A stretch of 64,000 nt of DNA from Phoronis australis (lineage: Eukaryota; Animalia; Phoronida): NCBI GenBank assembly GCA_002633005.1, contig NMRA01000240.1:415643-479642 (forward strand), written 5' to 3'. The notes beneath the pieces are model-generated. The model ran no database searches and was not told where the DNA came from. It saw only the letters and a program-made list of their open reading frames with translations. Each line of letters starts with the position of its first letter. The first letter of the stretch is position 1. The translations under genes and the position numbers were made by a program. This document shows positions 50,884 through 64,000 of the stretch, one piece after another.

Positions 50884-52155
50884 TCCATCAATGCTTTCAT
50901 TTATAGGTTGTATTTAGTTGTCTATAGCATAGTCGGGGGCCCACCCCCTCCCCCCTTGGCTGCCGCCAGCAAAATGAAACAGAAAGAGCGTAGAAAAAGA
51001 GAGTTCACTAACTAGGACCGGTAGCGATTGGGGGCTCAGATCCCAGATTGTGGTGGAATCGTGTTCCCTTTGTTTTTAGTCAACCGATAAATTTTCTGAA
51101 CAGGTCTGCATCCTCAGCTCCCACAACTTTAGGGTGCCCTGTGCACATACAATCGCGCTTTGCCCCGTTCCCTGAGGCAACATGCTGGGCCGCCCCCCTT
51201 ATGGTATCCTAGATCCGCCACTGTATAGTACATAAAATATCTGAATGCAATGAGTGATCTTGTTTGAATCCGCTGACAAATAAATTATCATCGTCAAAAT
51301 GTGGAAACAGAGAATAATAGATTTTCCATTTACTTGATTTTCTTATAGATCCAACATTCAACTACTGAAAATAAATCTGGATCCTTGTTCACTTTTCGAA
51401 ACTCGTTGTATATGTATTTGTCACAGGTATTATGCACGGCAACATGAAAACAATTTTGTCTGTAATGCGTATTTTTGATTGGAGAGATTTGTATGTATAA
51501 AATTATCGTGTTTGCATAAAAGGAATTTAAACTATTTATTTTAAACAGGTTTCAAGCAGCTTCCTGTATTCCAGAAAGTCACGGATAAGAGGAAGAGTCA
51601 CCCTCAACTGACGCAGCACGTTCAAGCTACTAAAATCAGGGACACACAACTGGTCTCATTGACAGCACATGTTAGTGAACATCTTTATCGCTTACACAGA
51701 ATCGGTGATAATCATTCATGCTACTGTGCCCTGTCTGTAAGTCAACAGATTGGCCAAAGTTCGAGGACCCCATTTCATTCCTGTTACAGTATTTGAAGCT
51801 GCTTTCCAATGAATCACCTTAAATGCAGCATATGTCCCTCTCCGGTCTATGTAACCTAATCTGCCCGATAGATCAGTCTATATTTCTTTTATTAAATGGC
51901 TACTGATGCTTCTTTAATGCTAGTTTGATGTACTGACATTGTCTGCTTACTTTGTTGTCAGGGTTTATGATTTTTATGGTATCTGATTGGTCACATTGCT
52001 AGTTGCGTGATATCCTGGTGGCGTAAATGAAAAGTGTTATTCCACAGGGTGGTGGGTCAAAATTATCAAACTGTGTTCCAGACAATCAGAGGACAGAAGT
52101 ATCAGTTATCATGTAATGAAACATGAGTAACCCAAAATTTAATGTCAGGACATAA

Positions 52156-52660
52156 GGTTATGTGGCACCTTACTGACAAATATCTACAAACTTTGGAATT
52201 TAACTTTCTAAAACACTACTTTAATTCATGAAAGTAGAGAGTCTGTATATAATGACTTTATATATCAATCTGCCATTATTTGGGTCCCTTGACCATATTT
52301 TTAATAAGATTCCGGAAAAAGGAATACATTCATAAAAAACAGTGGAGTCGATAACATGACCAATTTTCTTTTTATTTAAATGTTCAAGATGGAATCTGAT
52401 AAATGCCGATTCTGTTTTTTTAGTAACCCTTTTCGTTTTAATCAATGTTTGAGTTCTTCATGAAATTACTGAAAGTCCCTGTTTTAGCTAGCCCTCCCAT
52501 GCCAACGTAGACCAGTCAAAAGACAAACTCTAAAAGCCTGATGGGGAACAGTGCATAAAGTACAAGATCTGAAAGTTTTTATTGGAATCCTATCAGCCAT
52601 TTGCAAGATATGTTTTCAGCTTTACCAAGTTTAGACATTTGTCTAGGATCTCCCATAACC
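52156..52660. mobile_element. ~505-bp Kolobok-type non-autonomous element / possible solo terminal direct repeat
   Basis: ataa|GGTTATGTGGCACC..GACAAATATCTA ... TAGACATTTGTC..CATAACC|ttaa. Confidence 0.6.
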
Positions 52661-54289
52661 TTAACCTGATGCTTGAACACTTTTCTTTTACTGTGCAGTG
52701 AATGATGTCGTATAACTGTTGGTCTTCACATACGCCATATGTTGATCACATCAGGTGTAAACAGAAAGTCCTAGGTTCAAACCTTGGCCTTGGTCGGGAC
52801 AGAGAGCATTTTAGATGTAACTATGTATCACCTGATGTCAACAAATTGACGGACTTCAACAGAAGTCTCCAAGACTGCCAAATTTGGTTAAACTTCTTAC
52901 CAAAACTAATTCGTCAGTTTACGTAGTTGAACTTTTGTCAGAGTTGAATGTCATCATTGTGTCTAGTCCTTAATTTTTTGTTTGTGACTGGTCTTGCTCA
53001 ATAAGTTGTTTTTGTTGAGATTTAACTAGAATTGGATTGGATTCTATTGGAAAAGAAACAAATAAATATTTTATTAGTCTTGTCAAATTACGACATTGTG
53101 TAGTTTAGTTTGTAAAATACTGTATGCCAGCCTTTGTACCTTAATTACACAGTTTATTTTATGTTGTATTATAATTTGGTGGTATGTTAGAAAAAATAAA
53201 AACTAAGACCTGTCCATGCATATATTGTTAAAGCAAAGTCACATTCTTATTTTTAAATATCTTTAAAAGCTATCCACCATTTTCGTTGTAACATACATCA
53301 TCTCCAGTGAGAGACTACGGTCCACCTGCACTAACATGGAGAACATGTTTTCCGTGATCCCCTGGGGTTTCCAAAAAGAATGGACCCAACTCTAGGATTT
53401 CATTTTTTGTCTATGAAAGTGTCTCATTGAAGGTATTAAAATTTTTGATACAATTGAAAATGTGAAACCCCATACTGTTTTAAGTACTGGTTAAATTTGA
53501 AATTATGTAGAAGACGATTGCTAATGTGTTAGAGTAGTCTCAAGAACAGGAATTGCGTTTACAGTTTATTGTTTATCTGCGAGAGAAAGCTTGCTTCACC
53601 ACTTAGTTTTTTTGTGAAATGAAAAGACATTGATTCCAAGTTTGCTTATTAAAGGGAACAGTATTTTGTTCTGAATTAATTTGGCATACAGCTTTGTACC
53701 AAGCCAAGAGCAATGGATGGTGTCCTATGTCCGCCCTCTTAGACGACACCTTTTTCGCAGTTTGAACAACTAGGTGCCATGTACAAAAAGGCATGGGGAA
53801 TTTTTACTACACTGACAAAAAGTAAATAATAAGAATCGGTGATACAATTATAAAACGCAATGTAAACTCTATCCACTCAATGCTCCAATTTGGAGCAGAA
53901 ATATGTGTTAAGCAGTCGATGCCCTGTCAACCACTGACATATCAGCCAATCAGAGACTGCTGTCAGCATTAGTGTTTTTACAATAAAATGTGAATCAGTT
54001 TTGTTTGGAGTGCAACTCAGGCAAATGTGAGTTTTATGTGTATGTTAGAACCGGTTTACTGCTGCATTGTTTTTACTACAGTCATCTTTTAAACTTGGCA
54101 TTGGGTAAAAATTAATCGTCGATAATTTTATAGGGATAGAAAAAATTGTTCATAATGTCTTGTAATCTTTCAGGGAATGCATCGGATTTGTAAATCGAAA
54201 ATAGAATTGCCTGCTTAAATGTGGAATTCGAAAGAAAATAGTTGTTAACGTGTTCAATTAAGTCTCAAGATAAGAAAAAAGTTGTGCTT

Positions 54290-54802
54290 ACATCATATTT
54301 TAACCAGCCAGAAAATGTTTGGTTCACCAAGTGACTTTGTGAAGCTAATACATAATCATTCCAAGTTTACGCAAGGGCGTAGATTGCTTAAAGGTAATAG
54401 AAAAAAGCATTTAAAATGTATTGCAACTAGTCAGAGAATGTTTGGTTCACCACGTACGTGTGATTTTGTGAAGCAAAAATTGAGTTATTCCAAGTTGAAG
54501 CAAGCCACGCCCTTGCTTAAACTTGGAATTGGGTAGAAAACAACTGCAAATGCATTCATAGGTGTTTCGAAAGTAATAGAAAATGCATTTACACTGTATT
54601 GCAATCATTAAGAGAAGGTTTGGTTCACATTGCGAATTTTTAGAGAAGAAATTGAATTATTCCAAGTTTAAGCAACCAGTGTGGCTTGCTTAAACTCGGA
54701 ATTAGGTAGGAAGAACTGCGAATGCGCTCAGAAGTGCTCTAAAGGTAATAGAAAAAACATTTAAAATGTATTGCAGCCAGTTAGAGAATGTTTAATTCAC
54801 CC
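54290..54802. repeat. Degenerate ~175-bp tandem repeat x~3
   Basis: AAGGTAATAGAAAA..CATTTAAAATGTATTGCA..GAGAATGTTTGGTTCAC recurs at ~54390, 54570, 54740. Confidence 0.7.
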
Positions 54803-56419
54803 CTTGATCAAACATCAACCAGGCACTAATTTCAAACATCGATCCAGCTTTATTTTTATATTGGAATAGGCACCAACACAGAAAAAATACGACTTAAATG
54901 ACCACCGTAGCCGTAGGGCTATGACCTTGAATGCCCGGTGCATTACTGAGGGACATGTAATCCCAATACAGTCCTTAAATGATTTTTTATTCTAGTCCCT
55001 CGGTACTAACCAGTATTCATGACCAGGCCACGGAAGCTTTATCTCGGTTTTTTAGAAATGTTTTCTCTCCGTAGCCTACCGGTTCAGTAATGATTTCATC
55101 CCAAGCGACTTCATTGTTTTGTGATTGTGTGCCAGGTAACCGCTTAAAGGAGCATGTCACCCAAAAAACAATCTAATTTGTATCAGTTTAGATCGAGTAG
55201 TTCTACTCCATAACGACACGTACGGTTGTGTTACCTGACACCTGACGGCAGACGGAGGTGTTGAAATTATCCGATGACGTCATCGGTTTCACACGCAGTC
55301 TGTTCAGCAGTTCACAACACGGGTTACTGGTGACAACTTAACGCTTGAAGTCATCATTTAACACCAATAAATCATCAAACTTCGATGTAAAACCCTTAAA
55401 AATACACCGAGTTCTTATAAAAGCGTGTTTTTTTTATTTCGCTCTTACGGATTTATTGGTAATTGGACACACCATAGCCTACAAAGTTCGGCAGGCCAAT
55501 AAGGTCTGTAGTAGGAGTTTGGGGTCTGTTCGGAGATAATTTCAAAGTATTTTCCATTAGATACAGACAGGAGAACCTAGATCTATGTTGTTTAGACTTG
55601 TGATTTTTTGAGTTCTAAACACAAAACGCTTGTTATCCTGGCCAGTGGCTCGGAGCCCAATCAGGCCCGTCACGACCGGCCGGATCGACTCGTTATCCCG
55701 GCGGCCAGTGGCTCGGAAACTGATCAGACATCACGAATATAAACCAATCAAAGCTCAGTGGAAACTAAACGTCCAGTCAAGAAAATACTATACTAGTGAG
55801 CCAAAGTAATGTGCACCTGATTATGTTGGTGAATATAGCCACGAAACTGCAAATCAACTTACTCGTCGGGGGCCGCAAAGGTCGTGTTTCGCTTTGGCTA
55901 CAGCAACGTCAGGGCAGAAGTTTTACATTGACAATCATTATTTGAGTAATGTAAATGAAAATAAAGATTCCCCTAACACCTAACCGTGCAAACACTAAAT
56001 TAGTATGAGCTCACACGGCCTCGGTGTCCCATCAATTAGTTTTATTGCACCTAAAGCCGCGGTAACGCAGTGATTTATTCATTGCTGGCTTCTCAAATCA
56101 TTTGCACTCACGAACACTCCAAAGGCATTACAAATTGCATCTAATGAGACAGACTTTGTTTCAGTTTTATATAAGTATTGGTTAGGGTGAGAATAATTCA
56201 TTTTGAAAAAGAACGCTCAGTAATAAACGCCAACATGGCAACTCACAATCCCAACTTAGGACGAGCTAGAGCTCATCAGTCCCGACTTCGCAGGTGGTTC
56301 GTTTAGTTTTACAAGCTATCAATTCGAACAGGAATACAGTGATGCAGAAATACTAGACAGGCGCCGTGAACAAGCTCAGACAAAGGAACGTATGGGGTTA
56401 TTTGGTAAGCCGGCATTCG

Positions 56420-57700
56420 TCAGGCACTGTCGACAGACACGGAGATGTTTCACGGCCTCATACTTGCTATTTACAGCGTATATTTCATTCTTCACTACCA
56501 TGAGCCACTTCCTAAGCATTTCGGACTCTCGAGGAAGTAAAAAAACAATATACCGGCTAAGTAGGCAATGACCATCGCCTCTGTTGACCAACAGAGGCAA
56601 TGGGCATTGCCTACCGGCTAAGAAGAACGTGAAAACCGAGTTTGAAGGAACTCCATAAACGTCCGACCATAAATCACATGAACTAACTAAAGCATTTAAA
56701 AAAATGTGACGATCGATAAGTCAAATATAAATATAAGCACGACTCACTTGAAAGCCAAGCTAACATTCAACAGGTAACCGAATCCAGTGCGGCTTTTGCC
56801 TCGGTTGACATGCAAAACGGGAAATTTTCTGACGCCAAAAATCAACAGCATCACCTGGTGACAATGTCGGATACTATTCACTAGATGGCAGAATTAAATG
56901 TCAGTCTACACAGACTCTCGATGGTTCCCTCATACGTGCCTAGCCAGCCCCCTGGCTACCGCCTAGCGGCACGCAGGGAACCATCGAGGCACACGGGCCC
57001 AATGTCCAGTTTGTTGGACAGTGGCTCCTGTAGGCCTAAACCATGTAATACATTATGTAATCTTTGATGTCAACAGCATGTTTGATTTGTCGAGAAACAA
57101 CCGACCGGCAACTGTCTGAAACCAAAGACGCTAACAAGACTATTCACCAAGGCCGCCGCCATTATTGTGTCATGGACCGTGGCGACACCTAGCGGGTGTG
57201 TGTGGGCCAACGAAGTACGCAAGGCATTCACTACGGCCGATCTTAGTTTGTCAAATACAAAATTGTCAGTGAAGTGTTTTTGTTTAAAATATTGAAAACA
57301 AAAAACACGAGCACTGTAATGGAAAAATAAACATAGGCAAAATTTAGAGTAAACCAAGAAAAAATTTGGGCAGCAAAGGTAATATAAATTACGAGAAATA
57401 AATCAAAAGAGCAACGCAGAGCGTTGAAATGCGCCCACAATTGCACCGTATACGGTATCCTTCTAGGGTTGTTTATAGGTACCATCAAGTGGCCAGTAGA
57501 GGGCATATATGTAGTATGTTGTACTTTGCAAAATGGAAAGGCATGGTCATTGTCTCCTCAATANTTACAGCGTATATTTCATTCTTCACTACCATGAGCC
57601 ACTTCCTAAGCATTTCGGACTCTCGAGGAAGTAAAAAAACGATATACCTGCTTTCCTCGCAGCTGCTTACTTCGGACAAGCGGGAACGATGCACCGCAAC
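56420..57700 (-). pseudogene. THAP zinc-finger remnant (interrupted and partly duplicated)
   Basis: C-x-V-P-x-C, P, W and VC signature positions, with a stop and a frameshift. Confidence 0.65.
57405..57563 (-). mobile_element. HINE family A 3' end, truncated at N
   Basis: Reverse complement of ~16950-17090 (hairpin, sub-TIR). Confidence 0.8.
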
Positions 57701-58211
57701 ATAGAGGCATTCACTCTGCATATGAACCACTGACGTCGCTAGCGTCGTTTCTCACCTTCCTCACAGGTTAACGCGACACCTCTTGGCAAGGTAAGGTCGA
57801 CCGTATGCGAGGCGATGTGGATATAGATCGATTAAGACGGCAAAAAAGACTAATTAAATCGGGTGGCATTCTCCTTTAACTTCCAAGTTCACGCAAGATT
57901 CCAAGTTCACGTACGGGGTTTGGCAGTTTGTTTAATCTCAAGATCACTTGCTTGATCTTGGAATTCCAAGATCACGCAACACTCACTTCCATTTATTCTT
58001 GAGATTAAGCAGGATTCCAAGTTGAAGTACAACAATGCCAGTCATTACAAATGGCTGCCGAACAGCAATGTATAGTTGAAACAAATCGACATAAATTAAA
58101 GAAAACTTTCGAATCAACGAATACTATACGGTGGACAATGTGACACGTACTAGTAAGTCGTTTATAAACCTCCCTCTCCCTCTCTCGCCTTAGGCCGACA
58201 ACCATGTGTAG

Positions 58212-58785
58212 CCGGCTAAGTAGGCAATGACCATCGCCTTTGTTGACCAACACTAACAGAGGCGATGGGCATTGCCTACCGGCTAAGAAGAACGTGAAAA
58301 CCGAGTTTGAAGGAACTCCATAAACGTCCGATCATAAATCACATGAATTAACTATAGCATTTAAAAAAATGTGACGATCGATAAGTCAAATATAAATATA
58401 AGCACGACTCACTTGAAAGCCAAGCTAACATTCAACAGGTAACCGAATCCAGTGCGGCTTTTGCCTGTTGACATGCAAAACAGGAAATTTTCTGACGCCA
58501 AAAATCAACAGCATCACCTGGTGACAATGTTGGATACTATCACTAGATGGCAGAATTAAATGTCAGTCTAGTACACAGACCCTCGCTGGTTCCCTCATAC
58601 GTGCCTAGCCAGCCCCCTGGCTACCGCCTAGTGGCACGCAGGGAACCAGCGAGGCACACAGGCCCAATGTCCAGTTTGTTGGACAGTGGCTCCTGTAGGC
58701 CTAAACCATGTAATACATTATGTAATCTTTGATGTCAACAGCATGTTTGATTTGTCGAGAAACAACCGACCGGCAACTGACTGAA
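58212..58785. repeat. ~570-bp direct duplicate of 56553-57120
   Basis: Near-identical sequence with small indels; gives the duplicate ORFs 56885 and 58547. Confidence 0.9.
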
Positions 58786-61574
58786 CTTGAACTATATTGA
58801 TCATGTTAGCAAAAGCCCGGCTTTACGCAAAGTTTGCAACAAACTTGAAACTCGTGGACCAATCCCCCGGCCAATGTTCGTGAACCCCGCATTTGCACAA
58901 AAACAGGCCTTCAGCAAGGGGGCCTCGAATTCTTGCCGTTGTGGACCTTTTGGGCGGCCGTAACAAAAGAGGCGGGCCGGCCGGGGCTAAAAAAAAAAAA
59001 AAACGGGGCACGGGGGCACCACTGTGAATTGCGTGTTTGTGCTTGATTAGGGGTGTTATGTCTCATTTTCTCGGACTTTTTGATTCTCAGAGGCGGACCT
59101 TTTTGCCCATTTCGCCAAATGGGGGCCGGCTCGTTCGACTCGGCGGCTCCGCCGGCCGGATCTGGCACGATATAAAGGGTAAAGTGAAAACGTGCATTTT
59201 GGTATATGGTGCAACTCGGGACGGTCTGGCCGGGGTCTACAGAAAACCACAGTTCTAGTCAACTGTGAGTCTACACCAATATGATTAACGAGAGTAGTTG
59301 TACTTGCTGCGTCAGCTGCTGGTATGCTTATCTCTTTTATGACACCAATGAATGTGTTACTGGGCAAAGCGTTTTCAAAATAATGTGGATGAATCAGTGG
59401 AGTGTGAGAACCCTGAGGTCCCTGTCAAGTCATCACGGCAATTTTACGTTATGACCCCCCCCCCCNCCCCCCCCCCCGCCCTCAGGGTGCGCCAGATGTG
59501 ACCGAGAGTAAGTAGGAGGCCTATAGGACCAGTAAACTAACCGGTAGCGAAGAGCTGCCTAACGTGAAAATACCGTTACCGATGAACTCAGTAAAGCTAT
59601 ATAGTTACTGGTCAGCTTAGCTATATTCACTTGCGACCATATGCTTGCGACAGCCAGCTAGGCAGCTCGTGCCGTCGTCTGCACTGGCCCTAATTAGGTC
59701 AAGATGTTTTATTGTGCTCCAGCAACGGGAAAACTTTATTTTATTGCGGTTATTCTTTGAAGGAGTTTTCTGAAAAGGTGAGGTACCGAGGTCCCTGGTA
59801 TAGTCAGTGCCTTTGGGGCTGTTTCAAAATCTATCGAAACACGACAGGCAGCACAGTTTCTGGTGGTTGGGGAAAATGGATACAGAGTGTTTCCCAAAAA
59901 TGTACAAGCTTCAACGCCTGAAGTTCATTTCCCGTGGATCACTGACATTCTGCGCGCACCTACTGCATGGTTATATCTTATTTTTAACGTGGGTGAGTCA
60001 GTCATGACGTACGTGCAGTGCACGGGAATCAGGCAAGCAAACAGTTTTGAAGAAGAAAAATCCATTGCTCAATACTACGAGAAAATAAACATCAAGGAAA
60101 AGACAACCTTTCCAAGCAATGAGTTTAATTTGATTTTTTAAAGACTCATTAATGCGTTTTCCCGTTGCTCGATCCCGTTGTTCGGCGTAACAACAAGTTG
60201 GGAAGTTTACCCCTAGTGTAGCCAATGTCTTACACGACTGATTACTACTCCATTCTGGCATTTATGGTTGGAGGACCACATCTCTTTTGTTCGATAATTG
60301 CTCTAATCTCCGATCAGATCGTATCTAGCTGGACTGGACAGACGGCTGCTAAAAATGAAAGTTAAATTATAATATATTTGAACATAAACCAATAGCATTT
60401 CTGACTTCCTTGTCAAATGCTGATCATGTTTAGTTTTTGAATCACAAAAATCCCCCAACTACAATAGAAGTTAAGACAATCCATTCTGCCAGATTTCAGT
60501 ACTAACCCTTTGAAGCCTGCTTGTTGTCACACGGGACAAACGGCTGTGCTGGGCAGTTACTGATGTTATCGCACGTTCAGAACCCCTCACGTCTAGAAAA
60601 GTTGCTGAATGACAAAACGCCGTCATGTTTTAAAACTTTTTTCGATCTACGGATTGTGAGTCTGAATTTCACCAATGTCTTAGATAGGCAGAAATCTTCT
60701 AAGTGTACTTCACTGTTTGGGAATCGGATTACAGAGTTTATCAAACTTCAGGCTGCAATTAAATTCACTGAAATATCATCATTTATTAAAAGATTAGCTC
60801 CCAATAGTCAAAAATCATCAAATGAATCTATCGATTTTCGTAGATACATAAACAAGTAAAATAGAAACCAACGAATTTGCTCATGAAAACGAAATGTTAT
60901 AAGCAATTTCCGCAGGCATGCTCGCAGATTTTTGACGGGTAACCGGGGGAATATGGGAGATGGAGCATTCGTATTAATGTGTATTTTTGCTCATTTCAAG
61001 GTGCCTGTATCTATAACGGTTCACGAGGCAAATTTAAACTCCACAGACAAAAACGCTGAAATCATCGTTTATTATTGTGAGAGTTCTTTGAGTACCTCAA
61101 ATTGTAGCACAGACAGCAGTGTTTGTTTTCCACACGTGGAAATTCCTGACAGACAAATCATAGTAACCATGCACACACCCAGGGGGGCTCGCACGAGCCC
61201 CTCCTCCCATTTGGCGAGGAAGGCAAAAAAGGTCCGCCTCAGAGAAACAAAAAGTCCGAAAAAGAAGACAAAAGTCCACTTAAAAAAGCAAAAAGGCAGG
61301 AATTCGGCTGGAATGCTCAATTCATAACTCTGACCGTCGGTAGTACACCGCTTTTCTCCTTAGTCCCCGTTTTTTTTGTAAAATGTCCAACATAGGGGAG
61401 GCAAGCGGGTGGCTATAATCCCTACTTTTTTCAATGCTGCGACGCCCGGCGTCTTTGGGCGTTGCACCACAGGGGGTGGGGGCTATAGCCTCCCACTTTC
61501 TTCACGCGTGCTGCACCGCCCATGACCCTCCCATTAGCACTGGGGATAACTGATGAAAGTCGGTGTTAGATCCC

Positions 61575-61838
61575 CACGGGTCACGGCGGACTCATCGGCT
61601 TCCTGGGTCAGCTGGCATCTACATTTTCACGGTCCGTAAACCGTGTTTGGTGGTCCGTTCACCGTGTTTCTTCGTGAATGTGAGTCCGTGTCCCGTGTAT
61701 TTGGGTGAATGGATCGTGTTTTGTGAGTCCGTTCCCGTGTTTCTGAGTCAGTGGACAGTGTTTGCAGGTCCGTGAGTCGTGTTCATGCGTCCGTGACCGT
61801 GTTTATGAGTCCGTTAACCGTGTAGTTAAGGTACCTTG
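61575..61838. mobile_element. Right half of the 38203-38632 MITE family
   Basis: GCTTCCTGGGTCAGCTG spacer + right arm ending GGTACCTTG. Confidence 0.8.
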
Positions 61839-62860
61839 TTTTTCTACGTCTAATGCTACACGAGCAAATCGTGAAACTATCTGACAAACACGTTGAATCC
61901 GGTTTCATTGGCAAAAGAGAACGACTTTGAACGATGCGTTCCTATATAGTCTCCAATTTTTAGACGGACGTGATTTGCTGCTGGTGTCCGCCGATCCGCC
62001 GGCCAAAGCACTTGGCAGATCAGAGTAATTACCGCAACGCCTAAGTGAACCTAAGCCACACTGTGACAAAACTCTTCATAATCGATTCACTTCAAGTTAA
62101 TGCTCGTTGTTTAGCCGCGATGCTGAAGAAAATCTATTCGCAAATTCTCTCATAATGCCTAAATTTTATAATAAAAAGATATTTTGAAAACTCTTTTCAA
62201 TGACTCCTAAATCAACAAGTGTAACCACCGCTTTTGAATGACTCCGGTAACTCAACACCAACCACAAAGAACCACATTATCCAATCCGTTCTGACATATG
62301 TGAAGTATGATTTTTAGCCGATTCCTGCTTTTATCGTTCAAGATTGACGCCAATGGCATTAGCAGTCACATGACAAAACGAGGGTTAGTGTATCCACTTA
62401 AAGGATGTTTCTGTAAACGTAACAATGACGGCCTACGACATATTTTGGACGGCTCCGCTTTACTACCACTGTGCCCGCATTTTAGAATTTCCAGGTTGTT
62501 GCTTCTGTACCTTTAGAGTACCACAGCGGATTTTCATGAAATTTGGCAAATGGTTTTGTATAAGAGAGACGACGCCTTCCCAATTTCGACCGGGATCGGC
62601 CATTTTATGCTACTACAAAAACAATAGAACACGTCGTTTGCGCTGGTGCATTCGAAGTCGCATTTCAACAGATTCACCTTGGTCTTTTAAGTTCTAACAC
62701 TGTCGACTCAGTCTCCATTAAATCGGCAAAATGGAGAGCAAAACTTGATACCTAACAATGAAAGTTAGTATGAAAGCAAAGTAGAGCAGGCCTCTGACAG
62801 GTCACTTAACGTAACATTGAAACAGTTGTTAATTCCGTGGCAACACTGCAAAAAGCTAAA

Positions 62861-63245
62861 AGGCGAAGGCAACCTTTTTTCATGTCACTTTTCGCAAAAA
62901 TAAAGTTCGTTGATTATCCCAGACACATTTTTCACTTAATTACAGCTTTTCTTAATTTGATGAATTTCTCGCCCTCTACTCCGGAAGTGACGTTTTGGGA
63001 GGCAAGAGTTTCGCGCCAATTTTTTTTCATTATAGTCTGACTGTGAGAGCTGTCGAGTCAGTCATTGTTCTACCTCGATTGTAATTAGTTCGGTCGTCAT
63101 TTGCTTTTGTTTACAAGTCAGTCAACACGTCACGCTGTTGCTGCGTGCCGGGATGTACTCATTATCGTCTCACACGCGCTTTGGGTACCTTGCGTCGCTT
63201 TCCGAAGGATGATACACTTCGCCGTACTTGACTAGCTTGTTCATG
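62861..63245 (+). mobile_element. Kolobok left end with THAP remnant (same family as 540-1445)
   Basis: AGGCGAAGGCAACC start; ~300 bp similar to 540-845, then continues CCCVPGCTHY..RRFPKDDTLRRT*L (THAP with the W codon mutated to a stop). Confidence 0.8.
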
Positions 63246-63857
63246 TGAAGAACGCAGCACTACCCGTCCACGCAACGTACAAAGCAGTGGAGGGTTACCG
63301 ATGTATGTGTATGATAACTTAGCCTACCGGTAGTGAAATATCAAATCTTGACTAGAAGCGTGAAACGCCGCCAGGTCCTGGTTTTCGAATTAGTCAATTC
63401 CATTTGAACCAATTTCCCAACGACATGTGTACTTTGATGGAGATATTCTAATAAACCACTACACGATGATTTTGTAATATGTGAAGCCATCTTTCTGAAA
63501 CATTGACTCTTGTCATTGAAGCTACAGGTCAAACTGTTCATTGGAATACGGCTATCAATAAGCTTTTGCAAACAAAGTCGCAAGTGTTAGATTCAAGCTC
63601 ACAGTCAGAAACGTGTGCTTTTCATCAGATCATGACTGGGGTGGAACGCTAGACAATGAATTCCTTGTTTTCAACCATCTCTACTGACCTGGCCGAGATG
63701 CATTCCGTGGCACGACAAAAATGCCCATCAATTGAGCTATTTTTGTATCTGTTAAAAATGTTCCTAACTTAACTTTTTACGAGTAATTCAATTTCAGAAG
63801 CCAACTGTTCCGAAAAGATCACCAGTTTTAGTTCACGATATATCAATTTGTTTTATC

Positions 63858-64000
63858 AGTGGCGGATCTACGGGGGGGTTCAGGGGGTTTAAACCCCCCC
63901 TCGGTCCAGGACCCAAAAATTAAAAAAAACAAAACAAAAGCGTCTCCAGCAAAACAAAAACGGCACCGCCAGCGTGTGTAAACCCCAAGTAAACCAACTT
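63858..64000 (+). mobile_element. Start of a CAGTGGCGGATC-type MITE (matching right end at ~51207-51223)
   Basis: CAGTGGCGGATCTA.GGGGG terminus; CCTAGATCCGCCACTG seen at ~51210. Confidence 0.5.

Larger units (their letters stand above)
55148..57875. mobile_element. Kolobok internal-deletion derivative with KolX-like and THAP remnants
   Basis: ttaa|AGGAGCATGTCACCC ... GGGTGGCATTCTCCT|ttaa (13/15 TIR match). + strand SYQFEQEYSDAE at ~56313. - strand THAP MLRCIVPAC..FLLPRESEMLRKW..HLRVC at 57700-57565 and 56550-56420. Confidence 0.75.

Noticed and set aside
52749-52840. B-box-like GGTTCAAACC within a short inverted repeat (tRNA/SINE?)
   Set aside because: No A-box or cloverleaf could be built.
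58810-59240. GC-rich segment with several short ORFs
   Set aside because: Looks like a repeat fragment; no convincing TIR/TSD or protein motif.
59455-59481. Poly-C tract (possible G-quadruplex)
   Set aside because: Homopolymer containing an N; low-quality sequence.

Overview
AT-rich, intron-containing eukaryotic (animal) DNA. The transposon repertoire suggests a marine invertebrate, probably a mollusc or other lophotrochozoan (inference). There are no prokaryotic features. (1) On the + strand, 6507-15978 holds the 3' part of a DCDC2-like doublecortin gene: 11 phase-consistent exons and about 609 aa, with an acidic C-terminal extension carrying four GAP-43/neurogranin-type IQ motifs. (2) On the - strand, 38825-47563 holds a probable small single-pass receptor: a six-Cys TNFR/Grindelwald-like domain, a TM helix and a short tail. 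There is also an orphan terminal exon at 24117-24235. (3) A decayed full-length Gypsy-like LTR retrotransposon (29581-34626) has CG..CG LTR ends and a 3-bp TSD (Troyka-like). (4) Several Kolobok-type TTAA elements carry THAP/KolX remnants. The window also has two families of Helentron-associated (HINE-like) elements with ~140-150 bp internal repeats, several MITEs and minisatellites, and a probable haplotype-merge assembly join at the N at 57564. All calls come from manual reading; no database searches were run.
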